Shown here: in pieces, positions 6,552-15,522 of the stretch
Position numbering within the stretch: position 1 is the first letter of the stretch
Layout of the letters: every line of letters starts with the position of its first letter
Origin: a virus
Lineage: Duplodnaviria; Caudoviricetes
Direction: 5' to 3' (one strand)
DNA length: 34,240 nucleotides
IMG/VR virus record: IMGVR_UViG_3300005805_000255
Location: 1 to 34,240 of that record
Notes under the pieces: model-generated
Databases searched by the model: none
What the model saw: the letters and a program-made list of their open reading frames with translations, nothing else
Told to the model about the DNA's origin: nothing
Translations under genes and position numbers: made by a program

Positions 6552-7550
6552 TTAGGAGTTCTTCTGACGGTTACGAATCATAGCCAGAATGTCATTGGCC
6601 TGAGTGCTGTTCTTGGGAGCAGATGCCTGAGCCGGCTCTGCAGGTGCAGCAGGAGCAGCAGGTTCCCAGGGAACCTGCTCGGCGGCCGGTTCAGCAACCT
6701 TGGTCTCAGTCACCGTTTCGGTACGAGCAGGACGACCAGAAGCAGTCGAAGTTTCATCATCTCCGCCTACGCCATAGGGTTTGTAATACTGACCCCAACG
6801 TTCCAGATCATACATCTGTCCGTCCACACTGGCCTCAAACATTTCCTGAATCACTTTGAGTTCAACCGCAGTGGGCTTCTTGGGCAAAGTATCTGCCAGA
6901 TTGAACAAGCCATGCTTTTCAATGGCTTCACGTTCCACCACAGTAAGTGGAGATTCTTTACGAGCCCACTTACTGGTGTTGTAATCAGCATAACCACCCT
7001 TGCTGGTCTTGGCAATTCTGAAATCCAGACCACGCTCATAGTGAGTGGGCAGTTCTTCCAGTTCGGGATCCAGCAATGCAGCCTTGATCAGCGTATAAAG
7101 CTGAGGACTGATTACAAAACGACGAATAGGATTCTCTGGAGTTTCGTCCTTGTCAATGGGGTTTTCACGAACAAAACCCTGCATCAAGTAACTACGCTTC
7201 TTCCAGTATTTGCGGCCCTGATCTTCCAGGCTCTTGTCCTTGAACCAGGGACGAACTTCAGTCAACACTGGGCAGGCCTCTCCCCACATTTCCATACAGG
7301 GAACCTGGATACTCACAGGCTTCTTGTCAGCACTGCCTTTCACAGCCGGAAACGGCAGCTTGATCATAGCACGTTCGACCCAGAAGAAAGTATTCTTGGG
7401 GTCTGCGTCAGGCAGAAAGCGAAGCAAGCAGCTCTGCCCTTCATCTATGTTCCAATGCGGATAAATGACTCGATCGCCTCCGCCAGCGCCGCCCTGATTT
7501 TTAGTCTCCTGAGCCTGGAGACGAGCACGAATTTCTGCTAATGTTGCCAT
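6552..7550 (-). CDS. gp32: T4 gp32-like single-stranded DNA-binding protein
   Basis: LRFLP, C-x7-CPV, YWKKRSY, DFRIAKTSKGGYADYNTSKW; low-complexity C-terminal linker. Confidence 0.9.
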   Translation of the reverse strand: MATLAEIRARLQAQETKNQGGAGGGDRVIYPHWNIDEGQSCLLRFLPDADPKNTFFWVERAMIKLPFPAVKGSADKKPVSIQVPCMEMWGEACPVLTEVRPWFKDKSLEDQGRKYWKKRSYLMQGFVRENPIDKDETPENPIRRFVISPQLYTLIKAALLDPELEELPTHYERGLDFRIAKTSKGGYADYNTSKWARKESPLTVVEREAIEKHGLFNLADTLPKKPTAVELKVIQEMFEASVDGQMYDLERWGQYYKPYGVGGDDETSTASGRPARTETVTETKVAEPAAEQVPWEPAAPAAPAEPAQASAPKNSTQANDILAMIRNRQKNS

Positions 7551-7633
7551 GATGATTTTTCCTTAATGATTTTCCATGATGAGTATAATGAGTTGGTCTC
7601 AATGTTACTCTACTTGTAATAGTGTAACATGTT

Positions 7634-7640
7634 TATTTAT
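7634..7640 (-). promoter_or_regulatory. T4-type late promoter ATAAATA upstream of gp32
   Basis: The same TAAATA core recurs before many genes in this window. Confidence 0.6.
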
Positions 7641-7683
7641 GCCGTGTGACTGTTTTTTGTATTTTTGTTGTTCAAAGACACCA

Positions 7684-7707
7684 ATAGGCCCGTAAATCCG
7701 GGCCTAT
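7684..7707 (-). terminator. GC-rich hairpin after the 7725-9338 gene
   Basis: ATAGGCCCG-TAAATC-CGGGCCTAT. Confidence 0.65.
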
Positions 7708-7724
7708 CAGATAGTGTTGCTCAA

Positions 7725-9338
7725 TTACTTACGGACGCCGCTCAGATACAGGATACGATCCAGACCTTCTGTCATCTTTTCCTCATCACTACTGGTGTCA
7801 CCAGTTACTGGATAGGTTTTGCCGCCCACAGTGAAATGTTTCTTGCCGGCTTTGATTGCAGCCCGACGAGCACCGGAGAATTCGTTGCCTTCCTCTACAT
7901 CAGCTTCGTACATTTCCTGACCTGGCTTCATGACATCAGTCATCAGATCGTTAGCTTCATCACCGCCCAGCTTTTCTGAGAGGGGCTTTAGGTCGCCCAC
8001 AATCTTACTACCAGTGGCATCAGCCATGTGATAGGCTTGAATCTTTGCACTGTCCAGTGACACTGCTGGAATAGTTTTGGTCACGGTCTTGTCGTTCTTT
8101 TCAAAAGTCACTTCAAACTGTTGCATTTGTCCTTCTTGCATAGCAACAACACTGGTGTTAGGGGGCATTTTTCCAGATCTTATCAGTTCGGCCACCCGAG
8201 CTGCACCTGCTTTGTCATCTTTATCCAATTCTATAGCCACAGTGCCTTTGGGAGTGAGCTGAACATTGGCTTTGGGTTCGTTGGGTTTTTCTGGTTGCTG
8301 CCCCATTAGCTTCTGCACTGCCTGTACCTTGGGATTAGCAGCGTCGTCCACTTCGTTCACAACACCGTCAGTCCACTGGGCAAATTCATCAAATTCTTTC
8401 AAATTACTCATCTGATATGCTCTCCATACATAGGGTAAACTGTTATCCAGTTGTTCATCATACTGATTGCGAACAAAGTGATTTTTTACCTCTTCGTTAA
8501 ATTCAATTTCAGTTTGCTCTGCAATGGCTGGTGAGTATCGGCTATAACCCTTGACCCCACTCAGCCCGTTGAGCATCTTCTTGACTTCAGCCAGTCTGAG
8601 ACGGGCACTCTCGATCATGCCCACCGCTGTGACATCTTCATACTGTTTGCCATTGGTGCGACGCAAAAACTTACTGAGTGATACTGCTTCAGCCACTGAG
8701 TTACTGATACCCGATCCAGTGGCATCATAAGGATTTCCTCCCTGGGCCACGTGTCTGGCCATGGCTCTGGCACCACGCAAGCTGGTAAACGGCATCAGGA
8801 ATCTTTCACCCTGGGCATTTTCTACGTAGATCCGATGTATCTTTCGGGTTCTGGCACCACGCACATCATCATTGATAACATCAGTATGTTTCAGGATGAT
8901 TTTGACGTTTTCCAGAGTCTGTACACTGGTTTTTACTGTGCCTGACAGAGCACTGAACTTGCTTTCCTGTACTGTGCGTTTGCCAGGCTCAGTTTCCACA
9001 TTGGTGACCTGAAATCCCAACATACGACCACGAGCCCATTCCCTTAGCTCAGTCAGGAACTTTGAGAATCCAGTGTTGATCTGATTGGCCATGTCCTGGT
9101 CATACTCCACAGTGACTTTGCTGACTACATCAGAATCCAGTTTACGGTCGTTGTCAGTCAGGCTGACTTTGACGTTTTCACTGGTGCCCTGGTCGTCGCG
9201 ATATTCAAAAACAAAAGTGGTGACTTCATCATAGTCAGATGTTTCCTCACCGTCGGCATTCAGCATTTCCACTGGATGAAATTTCACATTCAACCATTCA
9301 TATAACTCTTCGCTGTGATTTTTCTTCTGTTTAGGCAT
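7725..9338 (-). CDS. Hypothetical probable virion/head-associated protein (537 aa)
   Basis: Late promoter at 9344-9349; next to the terminase; many hydrophobic-X-E sites in the C-terminal half; ends MTEGLDRILYLSGVRK. Confidence 0.75.
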   Translation of the reverse strand: MPKQKKNHSEELYEWLNVKFHPVEMLNADGEETSDYDEVTTFVFEYRDDQGTSENVKVSLTDNDRKLDSDVVSKVTVEYDQDMANQINTGFSKFLTELREWARGRMLGFQVTNVETEPGKRTVQESKFSALSGTVKTSVQTLENVKIILKHTDVINDDVRGARTRKIHRIYVENAQGERFLMPFTSLRGARAMARHVAQGGNPYDATGSGISNSVAEAVSLSKFLRRTNGKQYEDVTAVGMIESARLRLAEVKKMLNGLSGVKGYSRYSPAIAEQTEIEFNEEVKNHFVRNQYDEQLDNSLPYVWRAYQMSNLKEFDEFAQWTDGVVNEVDDAANPKVQAVQKLMGQQPEKPNEPKANVQLTPKGTVAIELDKDDKAGAARVAELIRSGKMPPNTSVVAMQEGQMQQFEVTFEKNDKTVTKTIPAVSLDSAKIQAYHMADATGSKIVGDLKPLSEKLGGDEANDLMTDVMKPGQEMYEADVEEGNEFSGARRAAIKAGKKHFTVGGKTYPVTGDTSSDEEKMTEGLDRILYLSGVRK

Positions 9339-9343
9339 ATGAT

Positions 9344-9349
9344 TATTTA
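9344..9349 (-). promoter_or_regulatory. Late promoter TAAATA, 5 nt before ATG
   Basis: aTAAATAatcatATG. Confidence 0.65.
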
Positions 9350-10912
9350 TTAGAATATTGCAATAAATGGCATGGGTTCAATGAATTCATCCTGCCGATC
9401 TGATATCTGTTGTTCCAGCTCCGGATGATAATTTTTCAGCACCTGGCTCATGCGTACCACCAGCATCAGTGCCATGACTAAATCGTCAGTCTCACCATAT
9501 TTAGCTGCAAAACTGACTCCGCTGCTGACAAAGGTTTTGAGTTCACTCACTAGATTTTTACTGATTATGGTGATTTTGTTGTTCTCAACCAGGCTTTTGA
9601 GCTTGGCACAAGCTGCCAATTTGGATTTGGGTGTGGTGGTAAATCCCTTGCGGTATCGGCGTGTCTGGCCTGCTCTGGCAGGCTCGCTCAGAAATACCCC
9701 AGCAATGTTTTCCTCACCAATCTCACTGATACTGACCAGAGCAGCTTCACCCAGGGTATTGTTTTCCACACTATAATAAACGTTGTTGACACCTGCCCAA
9801 TCACTGCACCTTTTGACAATTTCTTTCAGCACCTGAATCTGCTTTTGTACCGGTGTACGATTGTGTTGCCATTCAGCCACCTGAATCATGGTGGGAACTT
9901 CAAAAACTTCAATAGCAGCCATGTCGCCGCCAGTGCCCAGACTGGGGTCCAGTGCCACCAAATACAATCGATCTTTCTGTGGTTTGCGATACCAACGTAC
10001 CTGCCCCTGAAGCTCTGCAGGATCCTGACCCTGCATTTCCAGCAACTTTATACTGCTGATCAGGGTCTCGTCAGCCACCACAAAATCACAGTCATGCTCA
10101 CGTCTGAAACGCTCTTCGCCAATACGAGCCATTTCATCCTGTTTCCACTGTTCGTCACGATCTGGGTGTTCATGCCAATAACTGCGATAGGCTTTGAAAC
10201 CGTTGATGCCCAGCGGCGTGGGATTCCCCCACTCATCAGTGCATCGGTTGGCCTGTTTCCAGATTTGCGCAAACTGATCTTCGTCACTGCTGGGCGTGCT
10301 GGTGATCAGTGCTTTACCACCTGTGCTCAGTGTGGGCGAAATAGATACCCAAAATTCTCTGGCAATGCTGGGTCTGACGAACGCAAATTCGTCCAGGTAA
10401 AGCAGTGTGATACTCATACCTCTGCCTGTGGTTTCTGTTGTGGTTTGTGCTACAATACGACTGCCGTTCTCAAATTCTATACTGCCTTTGTTGTAGCTGA
10501 CCACTCCGGCTCTGATGAAGTCAGGCGTGGATTCATAGGCATATCTGATGCGTTGCATGATTTCCTGAGCACCAGTATATTTGTGAGCAGCAATCAGTAT
10601 GGTACTATCAGGCACAAACATGGCATACCATAACAGATATCCAGCAGCAGTGGTGCTCTTGCCAGTCTGACGAGGTAGCAGTGCAATGGAGAAACGATTT
10701 TCATGATAGGTCCTGAGCAGATTTACCTGATACTGGAATGGCTGATACTGAATTTTTCCCCGTGTAGGATGCTGAATATAAAAGTAGTTGCTCATGAAGT
10801 GCATGGGTCCTGACACTGGGTCCATGCACTGAGCCAGTTCTGAAATCTGTTGTTGAGTCCAGCTCTGGGCCTGATGTGGCTTTTTGATTAGATTGTAGTC
10901 CTGATTGGCCAT
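9350..10912 (-). CDS. terL: Terminase large subunit (T4 gp17-like)
   Basis: PRQTGKST Walker A, LLYLDEFAF Walker B, ITSTP coupling motif, nuclease motifs ALDPSLG and DDLVMA. Confidence 0.96.
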   Translation of the reverse strand: MANQDYNLIKKPHQAQSWTQQQISELAQCMDPVSGPMHFMSNYFYIQHPTRGKIQYQPFQYQVNLLRTYHENRFSIALLPRQTGKSTTAAGYLLWYAMFVPDSTILIAAHKYTGAQEIMQRIRYAYESTPDFIRAGVVSYNKGSIEFENGSRIVAQTTTETTGRGMSITLLYLDEFAFVRPSIAREFWVSISPTLSTGGKALITSTPSSDEDQFAQIWKQANRCTDEWGNPTPLGINGFKAYRSYWHEHPDRDEQWKQDEMARIGEERFRREHDCDFVVADETLISSIKLLEMQGQDPAELQGQVRWYRKPQKDRLYLVALDPSLGTGGDMAAIEVFEVPTMIQVAEWQHNRTPVQKQIQVLKEIVKRCSDWAGVNNVYYSVENNTLGEAALVSISEIGEENIAGVFLSEPARAGQTRRYRKGFTTTPKSKLAACAKLKSLVENNKITIISKNLVSELKTFVSSGVSFAAKYGETDDLVMALMLVVRMSQVLKNYHPELEQQISDRQDEFIEPMPFIAIF

Positions 10913-10920
10913 ATTGAATA

Positions 10921-10954
10921 TTTACACCAGAGTGTCTGAATGCTATACTAAATA
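10921..10954 (+). promoter_or_regulatory. Sigma70-type promoter with an overlapping TAAATA, upstream of the HNH gene
   Basis: TTTACA-N17-TATACT with extended TG; TAAATA at 10949-10954. Confidence 0.65.
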
Positions 10955-10968
10955 TTGTAGGTGCTCCG

Positions 10969-11520
10969 ATGAGCGATACACTAATTCTAACACCCGACTA
11001 TCAACCAGCAGATTTTCTACCACTCAGTGTGGTGGACTGGCAGACCTGCATCAGACTGATGTTCCTGGACAAAATCCAGCCGGTTCATCTGTATGAAAAT
11101 CGCTGGATCAGCAGCCCCAAGCTGAAACTTCAGCTGCCCAGTGTGGCTGTAACTCGGGATCATTTCAATTTCCGCAAGGGCCGTGTCAGATACAGTCGCC
11201 ATCTGATGTATGTCAGAGACCTGTTCACCTGCCAATACTGCGGAGAAATTTTCACTGCCAGGGAACTCAGCATTGACCATGTGATTCCCAAATGCGAAGG
11301 TGGCAAAACCAGCTGGGAAAACTGTGTTTCCAGTTGCCGTGATTGTAATCTGCGCAAGGGAAATAAGCGGTGGAGACCCATCAATGCGCCATTCAAACCA
11401 GACTATTATGCTCTGGCTGCTCGCAGACTGGAACTACCCATACAGGTAGGTCACGAAAGCTGGCTACCTTATCTGCAAGTGGGTGGAAAAACAGCACAGA
11501 GAGTTCAGATTCGGGGCTGA
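10969..11520 (+). CDS. HNH endonuclease (McrA-like, zinc-binding)
   Basis: RDLFTCQYCG...SIDHVIPK..GGKTSWENCVSSCRDCNLRKGN. Confidence 0.92.
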   Translation: MSDTLILTPDYQPADFLPLSVVDWQTCIRLMFLDKIQPVHLYENRWISSPKLKLQLPSVAVTRDHFNFRKGRVRYSRHLMYVRDLFTCQYCGEIFTARELSIDHVIPKCEGGKTSWENCVSSCRDCNLRKGNKRWRPINAPFKPDYYALAARRLELPIQVGHESWLPYLQVGGKTAQRVQIRG

Positions 11521-11522
11521 AG

Positions 11523-11969
11523 TTATAGGTCTTTTTTACGTCGGCCAGCACAATGAGCTCGTTGGCTGAACCCTCGGGGACGGGAGCAATTGATACTACG
11601 CTTGTATCGGTTGCTCCATTTTTCTGTGAGTGCTTGAATTACATCACTGGCCCGATAGGCCAGAGTCTCAGACAGTGGCTCATCAACGTCAGTGAGCTCC
11701 AGGCCTAGCTTTTGCAACAACGGAACCAGTTTGTGTTCTTCAGCTTCACTACCAAACACAATCACCGTTTGTGGCGGACCTTGCCCAAAGTCTTTGCGTT
11801 TGACGTTTTTTAGGTTGCTGATGGCTTGCCCCACTTTGTACCAGTCGTATACGTCACTGACTTTGACTCTGGTGGTGCCAGCAGGCATGGGAATCAGATT
11901 GCCAGTGTAGTGTATTTCTTTGGGTGCACCTGGAGCATCGTTTTCAATCAAAAAATCTCGGGCTCTCAT
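11523..11969 (-). CDS. Putative internal head protein (148 aa) with a basic C-terminal module
   Basis: N-terminus MRARDFLIE resembles the T4 capsid-targeting sequence; C-terminal LTE-KWSNRYKRSINCSRPRGFSQRAHCAGRRKK. Confidence 0.7.
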   Translation of the reverse strand: MRARDFLIENDAPGAPKEIHYTGNLIPMPAGTTRVKVSDVYDWYKVGQAISNLKNVKRKDFGQGPPQTVIVFGSEAEEHKLVPLLQKLGLELTDVDEPLSETLAYRASDVIQALTEKWSNRYKRSINCSRPRGFSQRAHCAGRRKKDL

Positions 11970-12325
11970 TGTTTTTTCCTGGGATGCGCTTTGCTATTGA
12001 ACGGACTCACACGATGTGTGTCATCAGGCTCTGCACTTTTTCCTCGAGTCAAATTCTTAATGGACCCAAACCCGCCTGCCTTACAGGCATGTTTGATGAT
12101 GTTTTCATCAGCATCACTATAGGGAATAAAAAATGGTGTGGTTCCACTAGCACCATGACTGGGCACATTGGGAGGTTCAGGACTGGTGGCCATGTGTAAA
12201 CCAAAACGATACAACCCATAACCCTGATCCACACGTGGCAACATTTTGGCGTTGGGTATCACGCTGTTGTGCTCGGGATTGATTTTGCCCCGCCCCTTTG
12301 CTTCAAATAGTTCACTGATTTTCAT
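11966..12325 (-). CDS. Putative internal head protein (119 aa from MKISELFE)
   Basis: Start moved to ATG 12325; CTS-like N-terminus; ATGA overlap with the downstream gene. Confidence 0.7.
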   Translation of the reverse strand: MKISELFEAKGRGKINPEHNSVIPNAKMLPRVDQGYGLYRFGLHMATSPEPPNVPSHGASGTTPFFIPYSDADENIIKHACKAGGFGSIKNLTRGKSAEPDDTHRVSPFNSKAHPRKKQ

Positions 12326-12539
12326 ATGACCCCACATTCGTAGATCTGATATTCTGTTCTACACTTTCTTTGGCGTGTTTGAAGTACTCAACTTGATCTA
12401 GACGCCGTTCGGCGCCAGCACGAGAGTCATAGCAACCCAGATTCTTATGGTGTCCCTGACGGTTTTTCTTTTTGCTTTTCACACACCATTGAGAACCTTG
12501 TTTTACTATGTATTCTGTGAGTATTTCTGTGATCAGCAT
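12312..12539 (-). CDS. Putative small basic internal head protein (75 aa)
   Basis: GGAG RBS; MLITEILTE N-terminus followed by a basic module. Confidence 0.7.
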   Translation of the reverse strand: MLITEILTEYIVKQGSQWCVKSKKKNRQGHHKNLGCYDSRAGAERRLDQVEYFKHAKESVEQNIRSTNVGSYENQ

Positions 12540-12542
12540 GAG

Positions 12543-13778
12543 TTACTCCGGAGCATTATAAGACGGTGCAACTGTGAAGCCCAGTGTTCCTAACTGAATT
12601 TTTTCTTTCTTACTGGGGTTTACTGTGCTGTGATATTCAGTCTTGAAAGAAACTGAATAATCATCAATGATGGGTTTTTCGTCCAGTGTGTATCTACCGC
12701 CCAAAACAAATCCGTTTTGCAAAACACGTTTCAAAGGCATAGAACTGATTTGAGTAAGATCCGGAGCTCCTGCTACTTGTCTGTTGGTTATCATTCGATA
12801 CCCCAGTTCTCTGAGGTCTTCTCGACTGTTAGCTGCGGCCAATTCTGGTTTAGCAATCACTAGATGTCCATCTTCCAGTTTGGCGTAAACTGGCATGTTG
12901 CGATATTCTGGGTCGCTGACAAAATGTCTCTGAATGTATCTGGATAATTGAATGTTGAAATCAATGATACAAGTTCTAACGTCACTTTGCTTTTGATCCC
13001 AATACTGAGTAAGTTCACTTTGTTTTTGAGCCACTCTGGCATCAATTTCGCGATTTTTCTGAATGCGATCCAGGATTCGTTCATCTGGTGTCATCAAATG
13101 ATAAGGTTTACCAGTAGCTTCTTTGACAATCTTGCTGACTGGTTTTGAGCTCCACATACGGCAGCTCCAGTAACGAGCCTTGGTTCTGTCACTGGCCTTA
13201 CTGGTGCCGCAACCATGGCGAGCACGGAAATTCTTGCGACGCTTGGGATCGTCACGTTTGATTTCCATGTTCTTGTCGCCAAAGTTTACTTTCTTTACAT
13301 TGCCAGTCTTGGGGTTCTTGACGTAAACTTTGAACTTCTTGACATCACCCTTCATGGGTTTGCCCAATTGAACTTTGCGACCCTGATATTCAGCCTCGTC
13401 AAGTGACTTGCGTCGTGGTTTTGATGTACCGTAGTCCTTGCCGCCACCAGGACCTTCTTGTGCAGCCATGTCATCGTAGCCAGCATAGTATTTATCAGAC
13501 TGACCTTCTTTGCGCTTTCTGTGGTACCAAGCATCAGATCCACCACGCTTATAATCTTCGTCGTCAGTTTCTGCTTCTTCTAGATTTGCTAACTCTAGGT
13601 TTTCCAGGATGGCTAATGCAGTGGCATCCAGATCCAGTACAATGCCTTCGTCCAGAACTTCAATGACATCTGCTGTGATTTCCAGTTCTTCATTGATCTG
13701 AAAACTTACTACATCACCTGTTAGTGGCTGATACTGGTGCTGCTCGGACTCGGCTAGGTATTGTTTAAAACTTTTCAT
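12543..13778 (-). CDS. Putative modular internal head protein (411 aa from MKSFKQYLAE)
   Basis: Start moved to ATG 13778; CTS-like N-terminus; central basic module AEYQGRKV...RRKNFRARHGC...ARYWSCRMW. Confidence 0.75.
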   Translation of the reverse strand: MKSFKQYLAESEQHQYQPLTGDVVSFQINEELEITADVIEVLDEGIVLDLDATALAILENLELANLEEAETDDEDYKRGGSDAWYHRKRKEGQSDKYYAGYDDMAAQEGPGGGKDYGTSKPRRKSLDEAEYQGRKVQLGKPMKGDVKKFKVYVKNPKTGNVKKVNFGDKNMEIKRDDPKRRKNFRARHGCGTSKASDRTKARYWSCRMWSSKPVSKIVKEATGKPYHLMTPDERILDRIQKNREIDARVAQKQSELTQYWDQKQSDVRTCIIDFNIQLSRYIQRHFVSDPEYRNMPVYAKLEDGHLVIAKPELAAANSREDLRELGYRMITNRQVAGAPDLTQISSMPLKRVLQNGFVLGGRYTLDEKPIIDDYSVSFKTEYHSTVNPSKKEKIQLGTLGFTVAPSYNAPE

Positions 13779-13788
13779 ATACTGACCT

Positions 13789-15510
13789 TTACTGATTTTG
13801 AAATTTAGCACGCAATTTGGCTGCCAGATTATTAACAGCTTCATCCACAATGGCCATGCTGTTGTCACGAGCACGATCAGGATTGTATTGGGCATGAGGA
13901 GCGTTGGGGCCTCCTGCCATATCTACCAACTGAGTTTGTGCATCCAGAGTTTGCGGAGCAGGTTCATTGGCTACTTGTTCCCCCACGGGAGTGGCTGCAA
14001 CAGGTGCAGGAGTAATTGCAATTCCAGCCATGGCTAAAATCTGCATTAGGTCCTCTGCGCCTTCACCATCAGCAGTTACGGTCACAGTTTTGTTGCCGGT
14101 TTTGCTATCCACATTGGTGGTAACATTCATGCCACTGGCTTGGGGAGCAGCCATGGGGCCCCAACATTCCATCATCTTCTTCAACTGGTCCAGCTCGGCT
14201 GACCCATCTTGCTCTGATTCTTTTAGTTTCTGGTCATCTTTCTTGAGTTTCTTGGCTAACTTGTGAGCCTCCGCAGTCTGTGCATCTGTAAGATCAACTT
14301 TTCCTGGTCCAAGATCATACTTTTTCTTGATGGCTGCTGTTGCCACTGCATAGTAATTCTTCACTTTAGCTTCCTCCAGCTGTTCTGTTTCGCATACACA
14401 AGGGGCTGATCCGCAATCTTCACACATGGCAGCTTCGTTTAGTTCTCCGCCAGTTAGTTCTTCAGCACAATCGGGGCAGATTTTGTCATCTGCATCCAGC
14501 CCATACTCTTCGTATCCTTCGCCAGGGCTCAAATCTTCAGCTGACCAGTTTTCTTTCCAATCCTGTCCACAACCCCAGCAAGATGTGCCGGATTTCATGC
14601 CCCAGGGTGCAGGATTGCTTTCTGGATCACTGCTATGGGCAATCATACTATCAATATAGTCAAGGTCATCAGCGTCGCCGAGATCGCGCATGCCTGAAGA
14701 CTTATCTGAGCCATGTTCCTCAGGTTTATAGTTAGCAGGACGTGATGATTTGCGCATCTGTCCGTACATTGCGTGCTTAGTGGCACTGGCTTCGTCCAAT
14801 TCGTCAGGGTCACTATCTTCTGGGCTCATGCCTTCTGCACATTCATCACATTCAGCACTATCACCTGGTTCCCAGTTGGGCATGGAACGTCCACATGTTT
14901 CGCATGTATGTGGTTCAGCTGGTGCACGACGACCCATTGGGGATTCAGAAATTCCAGGCTCTTCTCCTCCCGGACCATCAAATGCATAATAGTCATCACA
15001 ATCTTTGCAAATAGTATCGCCTTTTTCAGTAGTCTTGCCTCTGCCCACAATATTTCCCCCACAAAAGGCACACTTTTTGGCTTTCATTTTTGTGTCAGCT
15101 GTTGCACGACCCATTGGGGATTCAGACAGTCCTTGCTCTTCTTCGGCTTTGGTCAAGCAATCCACACACATGCCAGTAGTGTGATCCACATGCGCCTTTT
15201 CCCCACAACTTACACATTGCTTGACGGGACCAGCTTCATCAGATTCGCTAACTGACTTCTTTAGTTCGTTCAATTCATCAGTTGTTAGATGGCGTTTAAT
15301 TTGGTGATTACAATTAGAACAATGCTGTACACCATCCCAATCATCATAGATACTAGTTTCTGTGTAATGGCCTTTCTTACACTTAATACAAGGTTCTCCG
15401 GCCATGTCAACATTTTGATATAGATCTAAAGATAGCTGCTCTGGTTCAGGATTCGAAGTTTCTTCAGCCAGCAACCCATTCAGTTTGTTCAATAAATTTT
15501 GCATATCCAT
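13789..15510 (-). CDS. Acidic 573-aa protein with six Cys4 (zinc-ribbon-like) modules; putative processed head protein
   Basis: AAGGA RBS; five CxxC...CxxC pairs plus CEDCGSAPCVC, separated by hydrophobic-X-E motifs. Confidence 0.8.
   Translation of the reverse strand: MDMQNLLNKLNGLLAEETSNPEPEQLSLDLYQNVDMAGEPCIKCKKGHYTETSIYDDWDGVQHCSNCNHQIKRHLTTDELNELKKSVSESDEAGPVKQCVSCGEKAHVDHTTGMCVDCLTKAEEEQGLSESPMGRATADTKMKAKKCAFCGGNIVGRGKTTEKGDTICKDCDDYYAFDGPGGEEPGISESPMGRRAPAEPHTCETCGRSMPNWEPGDSAECDECAEGMSPEDSDPDELDEASATKHAMYGQMRKSSRPANYKPEEHGSDKSSGMRDLGDADDLDYIDSMIAHSSDPESNPAPWGMKSGTSCWGCGQDWKENWSAEDLSPGEGYEEYGLDADDKICPDCAEELTGGELNEAAMCEDCGSAPCVCETEQLEEAKVKNYYAVATAAIKKKYDLGPGKVDLTDAQTAEAHKLAKKLKKDDQKLKESEQDGSAELDQLKKMMECWGPMAAPQASGMNVTTNVDSKTGNKTVTVTADGEGAEDLMQILAMAGIAITPAPVAATPVGEQVANEPAPQTLDAQTQLVDMAGGPNAPHAQYNPDRARDNSMAIVDEAVNNLAAKLRAKFQNQ
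14929..15126. repeat. 21-nt exact direct repeat encoding SESPMGR at two module boundaries
   Basis: ACGACCCATTGGGGATTCAGA at 14929-14949 and 15106-15126. Confidence 0.9.
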
Positions 15511-15522
15511 AATACTAATTCC

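Noticed and set aside
6549-10633. Long antisense ORFs such as 6549-7541 and 9845-10633
   Set aside because: Shadows of gp32 and terL, with no motifs or expression signals.
9350-10912. Intron or intein in terL (also checked for uvsX)
   Set aside because: Both are uninterrupted, of ordinary length, and show no intein motifs.
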